DNA of 64,000 nucleotides from NCBI GenBank assembly GCA_964187785.1, contig OZ076409.1, forward strand, positions 80,788,001 to 80,852,000, written 5' to 3'. The position numbers and the translations under genes were made by a program. This stretch comes from Amphiscolops sp. MND2022 (Eukaryota). The notes beneath the pieces were generated by a model. That model ran no database searches. It was not told where the DNA came from and saw nothing but the letters and a program-made list of their open reading frames with translations. Shown piece after piece: positions 1-10,774 of the stretch. Within the stretch, counting starts at the first letter, position 1. Every line of letters starts with the position of its first letter.

Positions 1-3000
1 ATGAATTAAAATGTATGAAAAAAACTTCAATTAGTGACGGTTCTTATCAAGTTTGGACAAGATTAGATGTTTTGTGGGTATGTATATCCACATTTGTCAA
101 TAAAACACATAGCTAATTAGCTTACTTTTGTATAGGAAAGTTAGGCCTTTTTTCCATAAGAAGGATAAGATGAAACGAAAGTCAAAAAAAATTTCGAGTC
201 AGTAGTTATTGGCTATGCTCGAGCCTTAAGAACATCTCGTTGCCAAAAATAAATAGTTTGCCTAAAACAATAATTTAGAGTCCAAAGATTGGTAAGTTTT
301 GTGGAATTGATACTTTTCTGAATTTTCGGAATGTTCCAGAAGCATTCTTCAACCTGATTTCTAACTATTTTAGTCGCATCCGAAATGTTACTACCTTTCA
401 ACTGATTTAGGTACTGTGGTTTTTTGCAGGGTTGGCAAGTTTGAAAGAAAAGTTTTAAACAGCGAAAAAAACAGGAATAAAACACGTGAAAAGAACAGAT
501 GCTTTTCTGTTTGTTTGTTGTTGTACAAGAATGCCATCGCTGATGCATGGTATATGCTCAGTTTGCTGATATGGCGGACAATCTGGTTTCGGTGGTACCA
601 AGTTCAGCCGGATTGGAGCGACACTTTTCGACAATGGGGGTGAGTTACGGGACTCTGAGATCCCATCTGGGCGTCGAAAAGGCCCGAAAGCTGTGTTTTT
701 TGTATAAACAACTGAATAAGTGATGTGATCTGTAAAGATTGGGAAAATCATTTTTCGGGAAAAACATGGTTTTTTGAGTGTTAATTTTTTTGAATTATTT
801 TTGAATGTTGTTAAATTTGTAGCTATTGTCGAGCGAAGCGAAAGCTGAGAGTAGCCTATTTCTTTTGTACTTTCATCGGCATGTTCCCACCTCATGCTTT
901 TCTCAATTTTGTCACATTTTGAACTTTTTGGTGACATTCTGCGTAGGCGCTACGTCCCCTTTACTTAGCCTCCTCTCGTGAAGGTGATCTGTGCTTATCG
1001 ACTTCAATAATTCCCAGCCTTGGGACAACTTTCGAGATATTTTTCTATTCAGTATAAGCTCAATCGAAAGTTGCTGTGAATCGAATCAAGTTGATTCTTT
1101 TGCCAATGATCAGTTCTTCCCGAGTTCCCGGAAATCCTTTGGCGGCGTTCAAATAAAAATTCAACAATCTTTCGGATAACAGTCAATTTATTTGTCAACC
1201 AGTCAAATGTCAAGAAAACGGGTCCCTCGGTCTAACGCAGAGACATTTCATTTCCAATGTTCACCTATTGTCAGGTGCAGAAACTTCCATTGTTTGACTT
1301 CGTTTCCCTAAGTATCGAAAATTGATCGAAAAGTCCCGCGTCGTCTTGACTGACCGTTTGCAACGCAAAATGGTCACAAAATGAAAATGCGCTCGAAGTT
1401 AAGTCCGTAAAAAGTTATTGTTGAGATGGACTAACATTTGGTACCAACTGGTACTTTCTACCAACTGACCTTGGCTACCGAATTAGTTGGTAGCGTTTTT
1501 CGTCATGAGCTATGTTAGTCGAAATATTGCATGAAAATTGCAGAAATAGAAGTGATATGAATATTGTTGTTTCTACCATCGTTTTAGCAGAGTTGACATG
1601 AAACGCGTTTAAGCAGCTCTAAAACAAACTGAAACGTTTCAAACATGCGGAAAACGTTTTTAATTAATAGAAGTGAGAAATAGTCACTGCATCAAAAATG
1701 CCTGAACATTTTGAATTTTGGAATCACATGGTAATGAAATTTCCAACACGTTTCAGCCTTTTTTGATGAATTGTGATGTGATTTCTCTAAATTCTAGTAC
1801 TTAGATGGCTTTTGATGATTTTTTGTTTGTATTTCGTTTTGAAATATATGTTTTTTAAATCTCAACGAACAAAAACGTTTAAAAACCGTTCTGATGAAAA
1901 ACACTTAATCGGATCAACCTTAGTTGCTGGAGGCTGAAGTTATAAGCTTTCGTTAAAACACAATGACTGTTGTCGAAAATTACTCAAGGAAAGTCCTGTA
2001 TTCCCCATTTGACTTCATCAGGATCATTCAAGCTTCTCGTTTTAATCACGCCCATTCGATTTACATTAAATTGCCGCCATTTCTTGTGGATAAATACATT
2101 GTTTTTTTATATTCCTTTTTTACGCCACATGCTTCTTCGCTGGAGTGAAGCATTTTATCAACAAGCTTACATTCCTTTGTTCAGCTACCATGACGCGACA
2201 TCTCCAGACTATATAATCCAATATCATGCGTGAACAATTTGATACCATCACTTTTTCTTTGGGACTAGTTTGTAAAAAAACTGCTCGTTTGTAGTAACAT
2301 TGAGTGTGCCATGCCGATGCTAATCTCTTATTTTGTTTTGTCAATTTTCATCAAAAGTCAATAGTACCTGAACTGGATGCGCATAAATCCACTTTTTGCG
2401 TAGTTATACTTTATGTGATGTGACGCCAACACAGTCAAGTTGTATTCCTCTAGGAGCCATTTCAAGCTGCCATTTTTATTATTCCATACATGGTCTGTGT
2501 CGCTAATGATTCCAGCACAGAAATGCACTTCCAATAAGTTGCCAAACAGATGACGAATTTGCATACGGGTAATTGTTGACAATCATTTCCTGAATTTTTC
2601 TCCTTTTTTACTCATATCTAATCTGTTTTTACTTCTATCCTTTCGGCACGAAATTGTTCATTACTTTGCCACTTCTTGTTTTTGTTTCGCTCGCTTTTTT
2701 ATTTATCTGTTTTTGAGCACTTTTAACGCCAATTCAATTGTTCCGAAATAATCTTATGTGAGACTGGAAACTTCAGTTTACTGAGGTGCCAACAAATTCA
2801 GAGTAGACGAGAATCTTCGAGAATTTCTGTTGAATACCATAGTTTCAATTTATCCTCTGTGCTAGTGAGATTGTGGCCTGATTTTTGTGCTCAGGGAATG
2901 TTGAGCTCTATTTTGTCAATTTATTGCCTCTCTCGTCTGATCATAAAAGCTAATTTTCCATGAAGTACTTTGAGGAGCCTATAGTTCAATTTATTCCAGG

Positions 3001-4259
3001 AGAAGATTGAACACCGTTACAGAGTTCAATTTATTTTTTCGAAAGCTTCCGCACTCACCGTCTAATCTAGGTAGTTTTGTGAGATAAAACACGAACATGC
3101 AATTTGCATGAATAAGGAAATCTCTTGGTATTCCTCGTTTTTTAATATGAGTTGTCGGAGAAAAGGCGCGACTCTTACAGCGGCTAGTTCTTTCACCAAT
3201 AGCTCTGATCCGTCCACTTTTGCGGAGTACGTATGGAGCAAATATTGTTCATACGCTACACACTATTTGGCCTAGCCAGCACACTATATTCGAATTGTTG
3301 ACGTTATATCCGAAGTATATTGCGCTTCACTAAGGAGGAGACCCAAGCTTGCTATATTGCGTTTTCCGAAATTGGAGTGTCTCCTTTTCAGTTTTTCGGC
3401 ATTATGAGAATTTTTCCGAGAATTTTTCGAGAAAATAAATTTTCAAAAACTTTTGATTTTTCCAGTTGGGGAAAAAGCGGTTTCTGAGTTTCATGGGTAT
3501 CCCTTCGGGTATTTTTGGTGCTGTAAAATCGATGAAAAATTATCACACGCTGTGCGCCTTCACATATCCAAAACTCTGGAGGTTTTTGAAACTTGAGCGG
3601 AGTACCTATTTTGGCCGTTTCCTCATTTCCCAGCCTAATGTTTCGCGAAGGTTCTGTTCAGAAAATTATTCGAGCGTGAAACGTCCAATATAGCTTGGGG
3701 GACCCACTGGGTTTAGGCTGATGTTGAACTATTTTTGCATGCGCGATTTTCAGCTATCAAGAACCCCGATTTTTTGGATCTGATCTTGTTCGTTGGAATC
3801 GGTTTCTTCTCTTTGAATTCTTTGGACCGCACTTTTCAATCCTTTTTGCCAACGTAATTTTTTCGTTCGTTTTTTTTCGCATACTTGAATTAGAAATAGC
3901 AAATGTTTCACACATTATGAGCAAAAAAAGTCTGATTGATATGAAAAGACTCTCAAATATGCTCTAGTCATTCAAGTTGACTGATTTATTAAATGCTACT
4001 TTGGAGTCTCGGACCGCTCGCTTTGTTTTTTAGATTGAAGTATAAAACACTGCTGCTAAAGTATTAAATTAATTGTACCTGTTGGCATGTTGTAAAATTA
4101 TGTAATAAATGAATCGGACTTGTGAACTCTGACAAGAGTAATTTCTCCTAAAGAAAGCACGCCTTCAAAGAGTGAAAGGTTTCAGTCTGGGTTTGCTAAT
4201 TTAAATCAACTTGAATTTTTAGTTCGAAAATGCTGAGATCTAGATACAAAACCTTGGAA

Positions 4260-4353
4260 ACTTTAATGGCTGTTATCACTTACTTAGAAGCGGAATTGGT
4301 GCTAAAATGTAATTAATTCCTGCTTCTAAGTTGGTGATGACAGCCTTTAAAGT
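4260..4353. mobile_element. Miniature fold-back element, Kolobok-like (TTAA-flanked)
   Basis: About 38-bp imperfect inverted arms (ctttaatggctgttatcac...gtgatgacagcctttaaag) around a ~17-nt loop. The TTAA-(A/T)GGC...GCCT-TTAA ends resemble Kolobok termini. Confidence 0.45.
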
Positions 4354-5222
4354 CAATATTTTTTCATGGCTTTTTGCTTCCATTCATGTTATTCATTACA
4401 AGATTTTGAAAAGAACCTCATTTGAGAAGAGATTTCGAAGAAATTCATAATGTATTAACGTTGGTTATAAAAGCTCCATTTGAGAAAACGCTTATGTAAA
4501 TATAGTTTTTCGTAAACAAACACCTTATTGTCTTCAGTAAACAGTAGTTTTTATCAAAGATACAAACGCGCAAAACTGGTTCCGTGGGCAAATTTCCAAA
4601 AACAACTTGTTCCGAGATCCGAAAATACAAGCAGTCAGAGGTGATATTAGCAAGCTCCGAAACTATTTACAAAGCTGATTCTGAAGTGTTTATGCGAATT
4701 GAATGTCGTTTGCTCAATCAGTTTTCTTTCGGCTACCTTTTCTTGAAAAGCTATGGTTTCTGGCTAAATAATGTTCAGTGCAAATAATTTCTTAACAATC
4801 AGGGGTCAACTGAAAGCTATTCATTGTTCCGGAAATGAATTCTCTGTTCTATTATACCAAATCAGTTTACAATTTTGTTGGAAAAGGATATTTTTAAAAC
4901 TTGGTTCATGACTCACTCTTCCTTCCTTCTTCCGGCTTCGCGCCCCTTTTGCAGGCTGACTTTCGTCAAAATCAGCTTTAGACATTTTGCTTCTGCATCT
5001 ACAGCTTGTCAGATTCAAAATGTTCGGGAGAATTTTTCTGTCGAAATTATTTTGAAATCAAAAAATAGTAAGTGGGTCAAAAATTCAAAAAACTAAAAAA
5101 TGATGTTTTGGAAATTGCTCTCGACCAATGAAATGAGCGCGTGAGACCTTGATTAGCCAATGATATTTGTTTATTTGCTTTCTTTCCGCGTGCTATGTTG
5201 CTTCTTCTAGAATCACTACTGT

Positions 5223-6732
5223 CAGGGTGGGGTTTGAAACGTTTTTTATGAAATAAAACAAACAAACAAACATGTTTTTTTTTTCAAAAAATACACTGTT
5301 TTATTTGTTTTTTATGTTTTTAATTTTCTTTCTCGTTCAATCGTGGAACTGGTTTTATTCAACAGCAAAAACAATCTAAGTGTTTCAAAAACATTTATTC
5401 AAAATGTTTACGATACACAGTATAAGCAATTCACTCATTTAGCTGCCGGTAGAGAAAAGCAATCCGACCAGATTTTTGCACCTCTAAATTCGAACGCAGT
5501 TTTCCATAGTTCATTCCCAAAGTGGAAAATTGTCTCTCCAGTCCTCCTGACGACGCGACGCATGTAGTTATAGAAGTTGCGACTTCAATCAGATTGCTAT
5601 TGAATCCCAGTTTTTTACCTGATGCCCACCAAGTTCCTGGCTGGACACCGATGTAGGATTCTCCAAAGAGCTCGTTTGAAAATGGTTCATGGCGTGCCAT
5701 AAATTTCGTCACATCTGCGACGCAATTGACATCTGTATCCGATATGTACGCCAGTGCCTCCTTCACCTCAAGTGGGGAAAGTCGATTCCCGCACAACCTA
5801 AAGAAAAAGTAATGAGACAGTGATTAAGCATAAGGCATCTTTAATTAAGTATTTAATTAATCAATAACCTGTGGTCGAGAAGATTTGATGCCAGCATGAT
5901 CGGCAGATATCTGTGAGATACTCAGTGGTATGGCTTTCTTCCGACGTGTCAATAGTCTTAGTAAAGTAGCATTTGCCACCAATGTACACACATACGCCAA
6001 TAACAGGGTCGTTCGTTATAATGGACCATCCGTCTATAGCCATAGTCCCAACTAACCCTTTCACAGAGTTCTTGACCTTACAGAATTCGAAATCGAAGAC
6101 TTCGTTCAACAAAGAGCCTGCACACACTTTTCTATCCGGCGGAGTTGTGCCTGGTTTGAGCATATTGAGCATTTTTCTGAACTGCTTGTTTTCCACGGTC
6201 CGGAATGATGAGTTTGTTGCAATCAGCATCCTAAACAGTGGTATATAATTGTAAACTTGTGTATATTGCAGACGGAAAGGGTAATGATGTTTGCTTCGCA
6301 ATTTTGGGAGCAGGTGGCCCTGGCTCGGACTCGCTGACGTCGTCTTCGGCAGCGGAGGGTGCCTTGCATTTCTGATAATGTTCCTTCATGCGTTCAACAA
6401 GGGGCACGATGTCGGTCATACACTGATTACATAACGCTCGTTGCTTACCGTTCTTTTCGACCTTTTTGTTAAAAGTCCATATGACTTTTACGACCCATTC
6501 CAATCTGAAACCACAAAAGTACTAAGTCAACCTGAATTATCATACACACAAAAAATGAAATAGGATATATTTTTTAAAACAATATTTTGTTCGCATGTTT
6601 GCAAGAAAGCATATTTGAAGCACCAATTGACGTAATAGGGGTAAAATGTTTTAAAACATGTTTTTTTGACTTGTTTTAAAACAGTTTTATTTGGCAATGT
6701 TTTAAAACATTTTTAAAACATTCCCCCCCTTG
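5223..6732 (-). mobile_element. Internally deleted hAT transposon with fragmented transposase
   Basis: Perfect 8-bp TSD ACTACTGT (5215-5222, 6733-6740); imperfect TIRs CAGGGTGGGG / CCCCCCCTTG. Minus-strand ORF pieces: BED finger (IW..ALCNQC..MKEHYQKC, 6231-6503), first catalytic Asp (MAIDGWS, 5861-6301) and hAT C-terminal dimerisation motif (ASSGGLERQFS..LRSNL, 5431-5796). Confidence 0.9.
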
Positions 6733-8375
6733 ACTACTGTATTCGACCATAACTGGTTGCGTTATCGCAGATTAATTAATTCAATTGATTTAATTCACTT
6801 CTATTTCGAATCTCAGCAAATTGTCCAGCAAATCTGGAATTACGTCCAGACCATGATTTTATTTTCAATTTCTTTCGGAATAATGGAACAATAAATTCCT
6901 TTTCGGAATAATGATGCTTTGGAGTAAAGTAACGACCCTCCAATTCATTTATTACAACATGGCAGTGATCGAATTTTATAGTTTCAATTTTCAATTAGGT
7001 TTCGTTCTTGTAATTAGCGTTGGAAATTTATGTTCAGTTACTTTCGAGACTTAGAGTAAAGGTTAGACATGGTGACAGGCAGTAATGATCATTTTCGTTT
7101 CAAAAATGATTTTTTCCTCAAAAATTAATAGCAAAACAATGATGAAATAATTTAAAATTATCTCAGAATACTCTCTTGAACCAATTCGTTTACAAATCAG
7201 AGTGAAAGAAAATCAAATTTTACTTCATAGCAGAAATAATGCTTCTTTGATGTTTTATATACAGCTCCTACCTTTTTTTCAACAGTCATCAAATTATTAT
7301 AACTTCAATGGGGGTTCAGCAAATCTGCCGCCAGTGAATTTACCGCGGTACTTGTAACGTATCGGAATATACAAATTTTCTTCTACCGCTACAGGAACTA
7401 CCAATTTACACGATTTATTCAAAATATGATTTATTCAAAAATTTATTGTACACGACTTACACGAGAAAATGAAGCAATTTTATTGGCTTCCGGGGTAAAC
7501 ATTGAAGTTATTCGGCGTTCGCTCGAACACGAAAAGTGAAATGAGCTCGGAAAGGAATGAAATGGGCTCAGAAATCAACAATGAGCGTATTTGCAGTGAC
7601 GTTCTAAATTATTGCAACTCCATTACTCAAAATGACAACATTCAAAATCAAATAATTAAAATTGTTAGCTAATGGATGTTTCGAAAAATGGTTTGAACAA
7701 TGTTATCGGTTCATTCGAGGATTTTTGAGCGCGGTTCGTTTTTATCTCGAATATAAAGACGGTTGCTATAGTCGGGTTATCGCACCGCTGGATTCAGTTC
7801 AAATATAAATCAGACCTTTGTATTCCCAGACCCGATGAAACAAGATCTTGCCAATTCGGACCATTTCTGAATCAGTGGAAAGGATGTTCTTTGTTTGTAA
7901 TTTAAGATGTGTTGACAGACGAAACAGATTTTCCCAATGAATTTGAAGATTGTTAAAATTGTGTTTATTGAATGAATTTACTAGAGTTTCAAAAATGTGA
8001 ATCTGTACCGTAGATACACGGTACCGTACACGATAATTTTTTGTGCACGATACCGATGAACTTTAGAAAGATATAAGTAGGGCAACCGCGATTTGCCCTT
8101 TATTTTTTAAAATTTTGCCCTTTATTTGCCGCCCTTTATTTTAAAATTTGCCCCTTATTTGCCCTTTATCGGCACGTGGTTGAAAACGAGGATTTAACAA
8201 AGAAGTCAATATCACTTATTAAAGTGAAATGTTACAATAAATGCATATGTAATTCTCGATATTTGTAACATCAAAATTACGGTCGTTAGCAAGCATCTTG
8301 TTGAGTTTGCTAAATGTTCGCTCCACGTCTGCCGACGATCCGAGAGAGGTTCTTATTTGCGCAAACACTGCCGGG

Positions 8376-9194
8376 TTACCAACATTTTGCATGAAAGTCT
8401 TTTCTTCTTTGCTGATTTTTCGTTACGGCGGCTTTGACAGAAGCTATTAAAAAATCGGCATCTGGGTAGCGGGCTCTAACATTTTCAGCCACGTTATGCA
8501 TTAGGTGAGCAAGACAGGTTGTATGAAGCATATTGGGATAAAAAGTTTTCAACTTCTCCCCTGCAGCTTTCATGTAGGCAGCAGCATCGGTCAAAAAGTG
8601 CCAAAAGTTTGGTTTTTCAATCCCCATTTTTCGTAGGGAATCGTCAACCATGTTGCAAATAACATTAGAATCCACTGTCTCAACGCATTTGGACGTTACC
8701 AAAAACGGCCTTTCTCCCACCAGAACATGAACAAACTTTTTATCACTCACTTCACTTTCATCGCACTGCACAGAAATTTTCTTATTCTTGAGAATTTCCT
8801 TCAGCTTTTCCATCTTGCCAGCATATAATTCCTTCACGGCGTTTCGGCAGGTTGTTTCTCCAGGACATTCAATTTTATTTTTCTCAAAAAGTTCTTTGAT
8901 TGCCGGATGCCGTAATTTGTGAAGCGGAATATCTGCCTTAAGAAACGCCTCACATATTTGTGCCGCTTTGGTCTGGGTGTTTGAGCTGTCTGGCCACTGA
9001 CTCCGTAGAAGAGGAAGTCTCCCTTGGTGGGTAGCTGAGCTTCGATGGCTTTCAACCCTTGTCTTCTTATCGCAGGACACGCTGACCTTGCACAATTTGC
9101 AAAACAAAGCACCATCTTTTCTCTCAAATTCTTCTGGATGCTTTCTGGTATAGGTAACAATTTTTTCAGAGAGAGTTTCGGCCGTTTTAGGCAT
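8376..9194 (-). CDS. Truncated hAT-like transposase, 272 aa (CGGBP1-like Zn finger plus part of the DDE core)
   Basis: Open from MPKTAET. Motifs: LFCKLCKVSV..H..SATH finger, ISVQCDES, FLTDAAAYM, HTTCLAHLMH (CxxH). The C-terminal SSADVERTFSKLNKML..DRNF motif lies out of frame at about 8220-8375, after a deletion. Confidence 0.8.
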   Translation of the reverse strand: MPKTAETLSEKIVTYTRKHPEEFERKDGALFCKLCKVSVSCDKKTRVESHRSSATHQGRLPLLRSQWPDSSNTQTKAAQICEAFLKADIPLHKLRHPAIKELFEKNKIECPGETTCRNAVKELYAGKMEKLKEILKNKKISVQCDESEVSDKKFVHVLVGERPFLVTSKCVETVDSNVICNMVDDSLRKMGIEKPNFWHFLTDAAAYMKAAGEKLKTFYPNMLHTTCLAHLMHNVAENVRARYPDADFLIASVKAAVTKNQQRRKDFHAKCW

Positions 9195-9203
9195 CCTGCT
9201 GTA

Positions 9204-9381
9204 TGATTTGTATTTCTGAGAAATGTCTGTACACAAACACAAGTGATTTGTATTTCTGAGAAATGTCTGTACACAAACACAAGTGATTTGTATTTCTGAG
9301 AAATGTCTGTACACAAACACAAGTGATTTGTATTTCTGAGAAATGTCTGTCCACACAACACATAATTCGTATTTCTGAGAA
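9204..9381. repeat. 40-bp minisatellite, about 4.5 copies
   Basis: Unit tgatttgtatttctgagaaatgtctgtacacaaacacaag at 9204, 9244 and 9284, a near copy at 9324 and a degenerate partial after it. Confidence 0.95.
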
Positions 9382-10774
9382 AAAGTACAAGATTCGATGT
9401 ATTTTGCCCTTTTTGCCTTTTATTGAAATTTTTGCCCCTAACCCTGATTTCTGCCCTTTTAGCCCCTTTTGCCCTTTTGCCCTTTTTGGTTGCCCTAGAT
9501 ATAAGTAAAACACAATACACTGTTTTCAATACACGAGTCAATTCACTGCCTGCCGCAATATGATATTACATATGTAGTAAAAGTTAGGAACGCACTCGCT
9601 CAAGAAATGATTTCTATAAATAGAATTTGTATAATCGTTGAATCAACTTTTAAATTAAATTAATCATTTAAATTAATTTAGATCATTTTATAAAATGATC
9701 ATCACTGGTTACATGTGATCTTGTTTCTTCATGGAAATCAATTATTTTATTTTCGTACAGTCAGTTCATAATGAAGGCTATGATGAAGTTATTTCCATTT
9801 TATAGTGTATTACAAAAAACGGCGACGTAAGTTTGTATCTCATCACATGCACGGAGCAACTTTTAAGTACAGCTACTTCTGAAAATCTGACGCTTTGATA
9901 CAAGACGTGCTGGTACTTTCCATTCATGTAATTTTTTAATGAAAGGTTTGTATTGACCTTAACGATCTTTTGCAGTGTTATGAATGTGGAATGAAAGCAT
10001 CCAAATTACAAATCTTTGAAATATGCATACTCGAAACATCAAATGTTTCCACAGACCGTGTCTTCATCAAAAACAGTTAGAATGACAAATTTCAGTCTTT
10101 TCATTACTTTGTAGCCTTTGAAGAATTTTTCTTTGATTTTGTCATACCCGTAGTTTGTCCCTCAACAAAGCACCAAATGTTTGGTGTCTGGACCAGCATG
10201 TGTTGCGGAGTTCCGCTTCGCTTCTATACATCATCTTTCTATTGGCCGTGTTTGAAAATAGATATCAAGAATCTTCAGTGACGTTCATCCGAGGTGCCGG
10301 GTTACTAAGCGACGAGAAAGAGTCACATGTTTATTTGTCCGGGTGTAAATTGCATGTCATCTTGGTACCGGGTTGCCAGAAAATCCTAAAAAGTAGCAGT
10401 TAAGAAGTTTGTTACTATGTTTGTCCAAGTCCATCTTCAACTGAATGGTTTTGACACCGTTTATCAGCGAATTAGCGGTCGCGCCGGACATTTTCAGCGT
10501 TTTGATAAACGTCAACCATTAAATTACATTAATATGCGAAAATTCACTGGTTTTCGGGGGTATCCACGCAGTTTAAAAAGCATTTAAAAATCCTTATACA
10601 ACCTACAGGGGTTAAATTTTCGACTTTCCATGGTAAATCGATGAGCGTTGTTGAAACTGATAACAGATATCATTATACGGTAGGGGGTCAAACAAGCAAA
10701 ATTTGTTAGAATGAAGTTCATGTGTAAGGCTGAATTTTGTTGCAGATATTAGCCCTGGTATCAACAACGGAGCA

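Larger units (their letters stand above)
8078..9497 (-). mobile_element. Young, internally deleted hAT-family element
   Basis: Perfect 10-bp TIRs TAGGGCAACC / GGTTGCCCTA; perfect 8-bp TSD GATATAAG (8070-8077, 9498-9505); tttgccc subterminal repeats at both ends. Confidence 0.92.
7332..9548. mobile_element. Non-autonomous hAT-type element hosting a nested hAT
   Basis: 9-bp TIRs CAGTGAATT (7332) / AATTCACTG (9548); flanks TCTGCCGC / CCTGCCGC match at 7/8 positions as a TSD; subterminal (g)taccg motifs. Confidence 0.7.

Noticed and set aside
213..937. Minus-strand ORFs of 111 and 160 aa
   Set aside because: No recognisable domain and no consistent exon chain; partly repeat-like sequence.
1963..2740. 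Coding-looking minus-strand stretch (DHVWNNKNGSLKWLLEEYNL...)
   Set aside because: Broken by stops and frameshifts, and I cannot assign a family; needs a translated search.
7066..7079. GACA-TGGTGACAGG resembling an LTR end plus PBS
   Set aside because: No LTR-like or gag sequence on either side; probably chance.
8834..9541. 235-aa and 108-aa ORFs overlapping the hAT
   Set aside because: By-products of the stop-free 40-bp repeat and alternative frames of the transposase.
9761..9826. Possible upstream EML coding exon (AG...GTAAGT)
   Set aside because: Its ATG frame hits a stop when spliced to 10746; at most a UTR exon, unverified.
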